The notes beneath the pieces are model-generated. The model worked only from the letters and a program-made list of their open reading frames with translations. It searched no databases and was not told the DNA's origin. Source: a bacterium (GTDB lineage Bacteria; UBA8248). From it: a DNA stretch of 64,000 nt. The position numbers were made by a program, and so were the translations under genes. The DNA lies in contig CBDBEV010000001.1 in the NCBI GenBank assembly GCA_965204535.1, forward strand, positions 544,001 to 608,000, read 5' to 3'. Positions 9,501-17,573 of this stretch are shown piece after piece; the first letter of the stretch is position 1; each line of letters begins with the position of its first letter.

Positions 9501-12500
9501 GCTCGCCTCGCCGCCCCAGCGCGGCGCCAGCGTCACGCCCGCCGTCCCCGCCGGCACCGACGCCCGGTAGAACGTCACCCCCGGCGCGAACGCCGGGCTC
9601 AGCTCCACCGCCCCCGAACCGGCCGTGAGCGCGAGCCCGCACAGCGGTCCCGCCCCGGCCTCGCAGGCCGGCCGGGCCAGCACCTGCGTCTCCGGCTCCT
9701 TCGCCGCGTCGCCCCGCACCACCGTCAGGGTGTACTTCCGCACCGCCGTCACCTTCGGCACCGACACCTCGATGATGACCGGGTTCTCGCCCTCCTTCAG
9801 CGGCACGTCGACCGCCGGCGTGCCGGAGTCCACCCGCTTCCCGTTCACCTTCACCGCCGCCGACGCGTACTTCACCGCCGGCTTCACCGTCACCCGCTCC
9901 ACCGCGAGCGGCACCCGCACCTCGTAGCTGCTGCTCTTCGCCTCGAGCGCCACCTCGCCCTGCGCCACCCGCTGCGCCGGGTCCGGCGAGGTCACCGTCA
10001 GCGCGCGCAGGTCCAGGCCCCCCGGCCCCGGCAGCGCCAGGTTCGGCGCCGTCAGCCGCGGCGCGTAGGAAGACGCGCGAAGCTCCAGGCGCGGCCCGCC
10101 CCCCCGCAGCACGCACAGCTTCGCCGTCGCCTCCCGCCCGCCGGGCGGGATCTCCACCCTCCCATACCCGGTGATGGGCGAGGGCAGGGTCCGGGCGGCG
10201 GCGGTCCCGCCGCACGCGCCCCACGACGCCGCCCCGACGCCATTGAGGCCGAGGTGCACCGTCATCCCCGGCGCGCTCGGCCGGTCGAGCCGCACGGTCA
10301 CCGTCACCGTGCCGCCCGCCGCCACGGCCTGCGGGTCCGCCTCCACGACGAGCGCCGTCGGCGGGTTCGGCCCCTGCACCCGCACCTTGACGCCCGCCGC
10401 CGTCAGCGCCGGGTCGTGGGTCCCCGCCGTCACCGTCATCGTCCGCCCCGCGCCCGCCGCGGTCGCGCACAGCTTCACCGTCGCCTCCCGCTCGCCGGCG
10501 GCAACCATGTCGGCCGTGCCGTGCTCCCAGGCGCAGTCCGGGCCCCAGCGCGCCGCGCCGCCGTCGCCCGCGGTGTCGAACCACACATCCATCGCCTTCA
10601 TCGCCGGGGCGTCCAGCCGCGCCGTCACCGTCACCGCGCCGCCATGCGCGAGGGCGACGGGGTCCACGCTCAGCGTCAGCGACGCCGGCGGCGCCGGCGC
10701 CCGCGGCGTGCCCGCGCCGGTGGACCAGCGAACGGGGGTCTCATGGGGATAGGCTAACGGACGCACCCGCACGTCGTAGGCCGTGCCGTTGGCCAGCCCC
10801 CCGATCGTGTACGCCGTGCCGGTAGCGTACAAGGTCTGGGGCACGCCATTGACAATCCGCGCGCGCCCGGGCGCCACCCAGCCGGTCGAGGGGTCGCCCG
10901 GCGTCGTCGCGTCCGCGTCCGGCGCCGAGGACACCTTCCACTGCACCTCGTAGCTATGGTTCGGCCCCCACGGCCTGTTCCACGTCAGCGCCAGCGACCC
11001 GTCGCCCGTCGCCACCGACAGCACCAGGCCCGCGCTCGGGCCGGCCGAGACCGGGGTCCTGCCCGGGGCGTCGTCGTCGGCGATCCTCACCGTCACCGAG
11101 TTCGGCGTGCCCGCCGACACCGACGAGGGCAGCGTGCCCAGCGACACCGTGAAGGTCTCGTCCTCGGTGTCGTCGTCCTGCGCCGTGGTGAGCGTGCCCG
11201 TGCCCGTCGTGGACCCGCCGGCAATCGCGATCGACGCGAGCGTGCCGATGTCGCCGGACTCCGCGCTGCCCAGGCTCACCGTCACCGGGATGGAGACGGC
11301 GCCCGTCAGCGCCGCCGACAGCGTCGCCGTCACGGTCACCGAAGACCCCTCCGCCACCGGGTTCGGCGCCGCCGACAGCGAGACCGCCGGGGTCGTGGCG
11401 GGCGGGGTCGTGCCCGAGGCCGCCCGCGTCACCGTCACGGTGTAGGCGACCTTCGTCGTGCCGTCCTGCGCCGTCACCTCGACCTTGATGGCGTTCGCGC
11501 CCTCCGAGAGCGCGATGGCCGTGCTCTCCGTGCCGCTGGTCACCGCCGAGAGGTTCGTCCCCTTGCCGACCTTGATCGAGGCGCCCGTGTGCGCCTTCGT
11601 CGGCGTCAGCTTCACGTGCGTGACGCCGTTGGCCACCGAGGCGGTGTAGGCGGTCGTGGACGCCGAGAAGGTCGACGGGCTCAGCGTCAGCGCAGTGAAG
11701 GTCGAGCCGTCCGTGCTGCTCTTCGCCGTCAGGGCGCTCAGGTTGGCGTTGGAGGACTGGGTGGACTTCTTGAGCACCACCAGGTAGTTGGTGCTCTTGC
11801 GCGCGTTGTTGTCTCGGATCTCCACCGACACCCAGGTATCCCCGCTGGCGGCCAGGGTCACCGTCTTCGACGTGCCCGAGGAGGCGAGCTTGGACCCCGC
11901 CTGGGTCAGGATGCTGTCGTAGTCCGGCGTCGTCGAGGCGACCTTCGTCTCGATGAAGTGGCCCTCGATCCAGGTGGGGGTGACCGAGGCGCTGGTGGCC
12001 GTGGGCGCCACGGTCCCGGTGTACATCGTCGTGCTCGTGGCGAAGGCCGGGCTCAGCGTGACCGCGCTGCCGCCCACCGTCAGCGACAGCCCGACCAGGC
12101 TGTCCGTGTTCGCCTCGTCGTCCCGGATGGTCACCGTCACCGAGTTCGGCGTGCCCGCCGACACCGACGAGGGCAGCGGCGTCCCCAGCGACACCGTGAA
12201 GGTCTCGTGGTCGGCGTCGGTGTCCTGCGCCGTGGTGATGGTGGCGCCGCCGAAGGTGAGCCCCCCGAGGACGGTGATGCTGGTCAGCGTGCCGATGTCG
12301 CCCGCCTCCGCCGAGCCCCGCGTCACCGTCACCGGGATGACCACGTCGCTGCCGAGCGCCGCGGACAGCGTCGCCACGATGGTCGCCGACGAGCCCTCCG
12401 CCACCACGTTGCTCTGGTCGACCGACAGCGAGACCGTCGGGGTCGCGGCGGGCGGGGTCGTGCCCGAGGCCGCCCGGGTCACGGTCACGGTATAGGTCCG

Positions 12501-14969
12501 CTTCGTCGTGCCGTCCTCGGCCGTGACCTCGACCTTGATCGCGTTCGCGCCCTCCGAGAGCGCGATGGCCGAGGTCTCCGTGCCGCTCGTCACCGCGGTC
12601 AGGCTCGTGCCCTTGCCGACCTTGATGGAGGCGCCGGTGTGCGCCTTCGTCGGCGTCAGCTTCACGTGCGTGATACTGTTCGCCACCGAGGCGGTGTACG
12701 AGGTCGTCGTCGCCGAGAAGGTCGACGGGGTCAGCGCGAGCGCCGAGAACGTGCCCGCCGCGCTCGCCGCGCTCTTCACCGTCAGACCGCTCAGCTCCGA
12801 GTTGGTGGATTGGGTGGCCCCCTTGACCGCGCCGTTGACGCGGATCTTCAACTCGACCGAATTGGTTCTCCAGGCGGTGCCGGCACGGCCGTGGCGCGTG
12901 TCCCCGATGCTCCAGCCCGATGCGCTGCCCGAATCCTCGTTGTTGGTCCTCGTGGTCCGCAGCGACCCGGTGGTGGCGCCGCTCCTGTAGACGACCACGA
13001 AATACGAGGTGCTCGCGGCGAGCGACGTGTTCGACGGCGCGGCAAAGGCGACCGCGCCCGCCCCGACCGTCGACGGGACCGTGAGGCTCGCGAGCTTCGA
13101 GTCCGGAGCGCCGGCGCCGGTCGCCGACCACAGCTCCGCCCGCAGGTTCGCAGGCGTGCCCACCGCGGCGGCGAAGTCGATCTCGAGGCTCGCCAGCGTG
13201 TAGCCGGCGGTGGCGCTTCCGGTCGTGAACTTCTGGGCGACCGGATTGCTGCCGACCGTGACGGTGGGCGTGAACGTGGTCTGCCCGAGATTGCTCACCA
13301 GCGCGTTGGCGGAGGCGGGCGCGGCGGTCGAGGTGTCGGCGATGGTTATCGTCGTCTTCTCGCTCGCGCGGACCACCGTGTAGGGCTCGCCGGTGACTTT
13401 CTGCAGGAACCAGGTCGCGGTCTCGGCGCCCTCCGTCGTCCCGTCCGCCACCGCGGCCAGCGTGAAGGTCGCGGTCGTGGCGTTGGCCGGCAGCGCCAGC
13501 ATCCGCGAGCCCGCGCGCCCGGTCAGCCCGCTGAAGGTGTAGTCCTCGGGATTGTTGGACGAGCTCGGGGTCGTCGCCAGGACGGCGACCCTGCTGGCCG
13601 TGGTCAGCGCGGGCGAGATGTTCACCGTCAGCGTGACGCTCGCGCCCTCGTTGACGCTGTAGGTCGTCGAGGCGAAGCTCACCTGCGGGGTCGTCGCGGC
13701 CGCGCAGGACGCGGCGATTTTCAGGGAGACCGGCGTGCCGGCGGTCCAGCCCGGGTTGGTGCTGGTAAGAATCTGGCTGGGAGCAATACCGATTGAATAC
13801 CCGGTCGTGCCGACGCAGAACTTCAGCGCCCGGAGCGCGGCATTCGGGGCAGCGTTGAAACTCACCCCCAGACCAAGGCCGGAGGAGGCCGCTATTTCGG
13901 TGAAATGATATGCGGTGCCGCCAACCGTGAAGCTGTTGTCCGTCAGCCGCGTATCGCAGTTGGTCTTGGACGTGCACCCGATCACATTGTTACCGCTCGC
14001 CGGCGTCAGCGTCGCCGACCAGGGCGCGGTGGTAGTCGAGGACGCCCGGGTCACGGTGACGGTATAGGTCCGCTTCGTCGTGCCGTCCTCGGCCGTCACC
14101 TCGACCTTGATGGCGTTGGCGCCCGCGTCCAGGGCGATGGCGCCGCTCTCCGAGCCGCTGGCCACCGCGGTCAGGCTCGTGCCCTTGCCGACCTTGACCG
14201 TGGCCTTGCCGGTGGCCTCCACCGTCGGCGTCAGCTTCACGTGCGTGACGCCGTTGGCCACCGAGGCGGTGTAGGCGAGGGTCGCCTTGGCGAAGGTCGA
14301 CGGGCTCAGCGCGAGCGCCGAGAACGACGCCGTCGCGCTCGTCGCGCTCTTCGCCGTCAGGGCGCTCAGGTTCGCGTTGGTGGACAGCGCGGCCCCCCTG
14401 GCCGAGCCGTTGACGCGGATCAGCCGGGTCTCGGTCCAGGTCGACCAGCCGCTCGGGGGGTTGCCGCCGCTGCCCGCGCCGAAACGGCTCGTGTCGGCGA
14501 CGCTCCAGCCGGTCGCGGCGCCGCTGTCCTCGTTGTCGCTGGCCGTGTTCAGGATCTGGAATTGCATGTTGGTGGCGGGGGACCGGCTCGCGGCGCCGCC
14601 GATGACGAAGTAGTAGGTGGTGTTCGCCGCGAGCCGGGTGCCCGCCGGCGCCGCGAAGACGATGTTGGCGGGGGTGGCGCCGCTGGCCGTGATGGTGGCC
14701 GGCACCGTCAGGTCCGCGAGCTTCACGCCCGGGTTGCCGGTGACGTCCGACCAGAGCTGCGCCCGGAGCTCGCCCGGTGCGGCCTCGGGCTGGTTGGTGC
14801 GCGCCTCGATGCTGGTCAGCGTGTAGCCGGCCGTGTGGCTCCCGGTGGTGAACGCCTGGGCGTGCCACCGGTTGGCCCACACCCGGCCCCCGCCGGCGGC
14901 CGCGGTCTGCCCGACGGTGCTCACCAGCACGTCGGCGGAGGCGGGCGCGGCGGCGAACGGGGAGAACAT
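6585..14969 (-). CDS. Giant autotransporter-type surface adhesin (cadherin-like beta-sandwich repeats, Calx-beta, FN3, C-terminal beta-barrel); start uncertain
   Basis: Repeated 'NLSALT...N.IKVEVTAEDGTT..TYTVTVTRA' units; Calx-beta motif VDYATADGTA.AG.DY...DD..DEG.ETF; WLARFGRT linker; beta-barrel ending in RW; signal-like RRLALLPVLALLLG lies just upstream of the Met. Confidence 0.88.
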   Translation of the reverse strand: MFSPFAAAPASADVLVSTVGQTAAAGGGRVWANRWHAQAFTTGSHTAGYTLTSIEARTNQPEAAPGELRAQLWSDVTGNPGVKLADLTVPATITASGATPANIVFAAPAGTRLAANTTYYFVIGGAASRSPATNMQFQILNTASDNEDSGAATGWSVADTSRFGAGSGGNPPSGWSTWTETRLIRVNGSARGAALSTNANLSALTAKSATSATASFSALALSPSTFAKATLAYTASVANGVTHVKLTPTVEATGKATVKVGKGTSLTAVASGSESGAIALDAGANAIKVEVTAEDGTTKRTYTVTVTRASSTTTAPWSATLTPASGNNVIGCTSKTNCDTRLTDNSFTVGGTAYHFTEIAASSGLGLGVSFNAAPNAALRALKFCVGTTGYSIGIAPSQILTSTNPGWTAGTPVSLKIAASCAAATTPQVSFASTTYSVNEGASVTLTVNISPALTTASRVAVLATTPSSSNNPEDYTFSGLTGRAGSRMLALPANATTATFTLAAVADGTTEGAETATWFLQKVTGEPYTVVRASEKTTITIADTSTAAPASANALVSNLGQTTFTPTVTVGSNPVAQKFTTGSATAGYTLASLEIDFAAAVGTPANLRAELWSATGAGAPDSKLASLTVPSTVGAGAVAFAAPSNTSLAASTSYFVVVYRSGATTGSLRTTRTNNEDSGSASGWSIGDTRHGRAGTAWRTNSVELKIRVNGAVKGATQSTNSELSGLTVKSAASAAGTFSALALTPSTFSATTTSYTASVANSITHVKLTPTKAHTGASIKVGKGTSLTAVTSGTETSAIALSEGANAIKVEVTAEDGTTKRTYTVTVTRAASGTTPPAATPTVSLSVDQSNVVAEGSSATIVATLSAALGSDVVIPVTVTRGSAEAGDIGTLTSITVLGGLTFGGATITTAQDTDADHETFTVSLGTPLPSSVSAGTPNSVTVTIRDDEANTDSLVGLSLTVGGSAVTLSPAFATSTTMYTGTVAPTATSASVTPTWIEGHFIETKVASTTPDYDSILTQAGSKLASSGTSKTVTLAASGDTWVSVEIRDNNARKSTNYLVVLKKSTQSSNANLSALTAKSSTDGSTFTALTLSPSTFSASTTAYTASVANGVTHVKLTPTKAHTGASIKVGKGTNLSAVTSGTESTAIALSEGANAIKVEVTAQDGTTKVAYTVTVTRAASGTTPPATTPAVSLSAAPNPVAEGSSVTVTATLSAALTGAVSIPVTVSLGSAESGDIGTLASIAIAGGSTTGTGTLTTAQDDDTEDETFTVSLGTLPSSVSAGTPNSVTVRIADDDAPGRTPVSAGPSAGLVLSVATGDGSLALTWNRPWGPNHSYEVQWKVSSAPDADATTPGDPSTGWVAPGRARIVNGVPQTLYATGTAYTIGGLANGTAYDVRVRPLAYPHETPVRWSTGAGTPRAPAPPASLTLSVDPVALAHGGAVTVTARLDAPAMKAMDVWFDTAGDGGAARWGPDCAWEHGTADMVAAGEREATVKLCATAAGAGRTMTVTAGTHDPALTAAGVKVRVQGPNPPTALVVEADPQAVAAGGTVTVTVRLDRPSAPGMTVHLGLNGVGAASWGACGGTAAARTLPSPITGYGRVEIPPGGREATAKLCVLRGGGPRLELRASSYAPRLTAPNLALPGPGGLDLRALTVTSPDPAQRVAQGEVALEAKSSSYEVRVPLAVERVTVKPAVKYASAAVKVNGKRVDSGTPAVDVPLKEGENPVIIEVSVPKVTAVRKYTLTVVRGDAAKEPETQVLARPACEAGAGPLCGLALTAGSGAVELSPAFAPGVTFYRASVPAGTAGVTLAPRWGGEASVFAGSRWGATTFTRPARVRPSGTAVALALAPDGGTTELWVMAVGSSGRKTYRIDVTGAPAAVAVSLSAAPNPVAEGSPVTVTAVLAKALAADVTIPLTVTRGTSEDGDHGTLASIALPAGFTSATGAIPTNDDEDGDDETFTVALGSLPSGLSAGATSSVEVTITDDGAQQQQASSDASLRALTGSTSGDGASFDGALALSPAFSPATTSYTARVAYGATHARLTPTANDAGAAVKAGKGTDLSAVAGGGSSGAIALAVGDNALAVEVTAADGTVRTYAVTVARAGPPLTAAFEGVPAEHDGEAAFWLSVRFSEALGGGAVAPSPASFKVRAGQARKVERVEAGLWRVKVKPDAWRDVTVTLADGRGCAEAGAVCASGGRALANAPVAKIGGPVRVRVEDARAKEGKDASLDFAVTLNRAASHEVSVDYATADGTAAAGADYTAASGTLVFAAGETAKTVPVALLDDAVDEGRETFVLKLSNPQGAFLRAMHREAKGVIANDDPMPGAWLARFGRTAAENVVEAVSARIEGGAGAAGMVLGGQELGLDGSAGREALLARLAERYRREAGARLERGEDAPLTVREVSMSELLLGSSFHMASAGDAGASPGRWSVWGRGARSSFSGKEGVLTLEGDVTTAALGADYERARWLVGVALARSSGDGSYRADGAGGAGEVESALTGVYPYARYRVSGSFSLWGVVGLGSGGMTLTPEGAESMDADVEMGMAAGGARGVLLPARGPGGFELALRADVLVTDTRSDAAAGLAETEAGTSRVRLALEGSRSYKFGDAVLTPSLEIGFRNDSGDAETGGGVEAGGGLRWSSGALTAEVRARGLIAHNEGGYEEWGVSASVGYAPGSDGRGLSLRAGSSWGASAGGAERLWSQAAGLAPAGAFEPGAAGFEAEAAWGLDAPRGLLTPYTGVAVSGNAETWRAGARWKPGAATEVSLEASLTEQAGGGRPEGGLLLRGSKRW

Positions 14970-15141
14970 CCCGAGCAGCAGCGCGAGGACGGGGAGCAGC
15001 GCGAGGCGGCGCCACGCGGACGCGGCCCGGGACCGACGGAGCGGCGGCGCGGCCGGAAAGACAGCGCGCCGGAGAGGTCAGGCGGGAGGACGGGACGCGC
15101 GAGCGGGCCACGGGCTCAGACCCCCTCAGACGCGGACGCAA

Positions 15142-15197
15142 CTCGGCTCTCGGCTCTCGGCTCTCGGCTCTCGGCTCTCGGCTCTCGGCTCTCGGCT
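15142..15197. repeat. Heptanucleotide simple sequence repeat (CTCGGCT)x8
   Basis: Eight perfect tandem units read directly, between the adhesin 5' end and the IS1111 end. Confidence 0.97.
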
Positions 15198-15239
15198 CTT
15201 CTCTAATCGGGACGAGCAAGTCAAGTTCCTCTGCCCTGG

Positions 15240-15470
15240 TTTTTCCGGATCTTTCCGCCTTGGCTTTAGACGATGCTCCATGGGGGTCTCGCTTCTCTAC
15301 GTGATCGGCTCCCGGTCCGGGGCCGTCAACAGGATGGGGTCGGAGAACGAGGTGGAACAATCTCTCATACGCCCTCGCACCGTCACCGACGGAGCGGAAC
15401 TGAGCCGACAGCGAACTCACCTCGTCCCTCGTCCCCACGGGAGCATCCTCTGCCATAGCGGAAGCTACTG
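15240..15470 (-). ncRNA. Putative bridge/seek RNA of the IS1111 element
   Basis: Stem ACGAGGTG/CACCTCGT (15347-15354 / 15418-15425) encloses TCGGCTC and TATGAGAGA, matching the target flanks; a second region carries CCCCATC and TAGAGA, matching the IS ends. RNA ends are approximate. Confidence 0.7.
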
Positions 15471-15506
15471 TAATTTTCGGATTCTTCTCCTTTTGGATTC
15501 CCGATG

Positions 15507-16547
15507 TCAGGAGGCTACGTCATCCACGCCGTCGCGTTTCCAGCGGAACTCACTGCCGTCCATCCATATGCGGTGCATAATGACGCCGAGCCGGCGGGCG
15601 AGCGCAACCTTCGCGCGCGCCTTGCCGCGACGCTTCGCCACACCCATCGCCCAGGCTTTCAGCCACGACCACCGCGTCGTGCGCCCGAGCAAGGCGTTGG
15701 CGGCTTCGTAGAGCGCCGCGCGCATCATCGCGTCGCCGCACTTGGAGATTCTTCCCGTTCGGTCGACCTCTCCGGATTGCCATTTGCGAGGCACAAGCCC
15801 GAAGTGCGCGCCCACCGAGCGCGAGCGCGCAAAACGCGACGGCACGTCGACGCTCGCCCGGAAGGTCAGCGCCGTCACCGGACCCACGCCGGGGACCGTC
15901 ATCAGGCGACGGCAGACCGGGTCGACGCGCACCGCCTCCAGCATCATCCTGTGCAGCCGGACGTATTCCGCCAGCAACGCAGAGCGAGCCCGCAGCATCG
16001 GCGCCACCAGGCGCGCCAACTCCGGGCGATCCGCGACCAGACCCCCTACCCGCGCCTCCAGCCCGCGGCGGGAGACCTTGCCCATCTTCAGTCCGAAGTT
16101 GCGCAACGTGCCCCGGATGTGGGCCTCGGCGTCGCACAACTGCTTCAGCATGAACCTGCGGTTGGCGAGGAGCATGCGTTTCTCCTGGCTCGACACCGTC
16201 TTCACGTGCACCGGGCGAATCAGGTTCGCGCGAACCAGCTGGGCGATCCCGCGCGCGTCGTCGCGGTCGCTCTTGTTCACCGTGGCCGAGAGCACCGCCT
16301 TCAACTGCCGCGTCTCGGCGCAAACCACCGGGAGCCCGGCCTCGGCCAGGCCGTCATGGAGCCACTGCGACAGCGGCCCCGCCTCGAGGCAGATGCGCTT
16401 CACGCCGAAGTCCAGCCCGGTGAAGAACGCCGCGAGGGCCGCGGGTTCGCTCGCGACCTTCGCCTCCCGGACGATCCCGCCGTCCACGTCCACCACGCAC
16501 ACACTCGTCCACTCCAACGACACGTCGAGTCCTGCAAAGTAGTTCAT
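15507..16547 (-). CDS. IS110-family recombinase/transposase
   Basis: DEDD RuvC-like motifs GLDVS, LEAG, KSDRDDA; PGVG..TA, QSG, KCGD, VALARRL; AGGAGG RBS before ATG 16547. Confidence 0.95.
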   Translation of the reverse strand: MNYFAGLDVSLEWTSVCVVDVDGGIVREAKVASEPAALAAFFTGLDFGVKRICLEAGPLSQWLHDGLAEAGLPVVCAETRQLKAVLSATVNKSDRDDARGIAQLVRANLIRPVHVKTVSSQEKRMLLANRRFMLKQLCDAEAHIRGTLRNFGLKMGKVSRRGLEARVGGLVADRPELARLVAPMLRARSALLAEYVRLHRMMLEAVRVDPVCRRLMTVPGVGPVTALTFRASVDVPSRFARSRSVGAHFGLVPRKWQSGEVDRTGRISKCGDAMMRAALYEAANALLGRTTRWSWLKAWAMGVAKRRGKARAKVALARRLGVIMHRIWMDGSEFRWKRDGVDDVAS

Positions 16548-16944
16548 GGCTGCTCCTCCTGCGGGCGAGAGACACCGGAGCCATCCCGGCCTCGCCTCGA
16601 TCATATGACAGAGGAACATCCGCTACACGCGGTAGTTCGAGGGCCAACCCGATTACCCCATCTCTTATATTATGGTTATGAGATGATGCCACGCCTGCAA
16701 TTGTCAAGTCCATTACCCATGCCCCCTGATAAGTCCCGGCGTTTACCGGGAAGCGCGAACGCCGGAACGCCGGGTTCGGTTTGTCCTCCTCCGCCCGAAG
16801 CCGTTTCAGCCTGCTGCCGGCATCCTGCCATGGTTCATGATCCCCAACTCCTCGCCACCCTCCGCCGGCGGGACGACCCGCCGGGAGGGGGGCCGCGATG
16901 AAGCGGACCGGGAGGGACCGACTTCGCTTCCCCCGGTTCCGCCC

Positions 16945-17185
16945 CTACCACCGCATCGAGCCCCTGAGCGCCACGCCGTGGACGGAAGCGCCCCCGTCCC
17001 TCTCGCGCAGGTCGCCCTCGAGGCTCATGGTGAGGGACTCGGCGAGCCGGAAGCGCCCGCCCGCGCGGTACGTCTCCCCGCTCCCGGTGAACGTGAAGCC
17101 GGTGTAGGGCGTCAGGAGTCCGCCCCAGGCGTCGAGGCCCCAGCCCGCCTCGGCGTCGAAGCCCGCCACGGGGTCGAACGCTCCT
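16945..17185 (-). pseudogene. Orphan C-terminal fragment of a second autotransporter
   Basis: AFDPVAGFDAEAGWGLDAWGGLLTPYTG...LRGSMRW aligns with the adhesin C-terminus AFEPGAAGFEAEAAWGLDAPRGLLTPYTG...LRGSKRW. Confidence 0.8.
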
Positions 17186-17527
17186 CCCCCTTTGATGCCT
17201 CCCTTCACAAACTGGTGATGGTCCGGGCCGGTGGTTCCGCGAACCGCCGCTAATCGTTATTATCAGAAGAGAAAGGGCCGACACCCCTCAAAGGGCTGCT
17301 TTGGTAGGGGTTGCTGGGGAACTGCTGCGACACGATTCCCGAGGCGCAGGCCAAGTCGGGGTGCCGGCTGCTTTCATAAAGCGCGAGCAGGGGCTGCCCG
17401 TTGTTCCCCCTCCCGGCTCGAGGACTCAAACTCACAACCGGGAGGGGTACTATTTTGCTCTCACGAAGGAAGCAACCAACGGACAACCCCCTTTTCGCTC
17501 TACTTGAGATTTGCTGCCCGCCCGGCC

Positions 17528-17545
17528 CCGGGGCTAAAGCCCCGG
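17528..17545. terminator. Palindrome CCGGGGCT-AA-AGCCCCGG downstream of lipoprotein copy A (REP-like or terminator)
   Basis: 8-bp perfect stem about 30 bp beyond the stop codon. Confidence 0.4.
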
Positions 17546-17573
17546 AAGCCATAGGCGTCATTGCGCTTCGCCG

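Larger units (their letters stand above)
15200..16665 (-). mobile_element. IS110-family, IS1111-group insertion sequence (~1.46 kb)
   Basis: Sub-terminal IR TAATCGGG (15204-15211) / CCCGATTA (16648-16655); TCTCT shared at both junctions (15200-15204, 16661-16665); long non-coding region downstream of the transposase. Confidence 0.85.

Noticed and set aside
13990-15456. 488-aa ORF through the heptamer repeat as an independent gene
   Set aside because: It begins inside the IS non-coding region and then overlaps the adhesin out of frame with low-complexity Arg-rich sequence.
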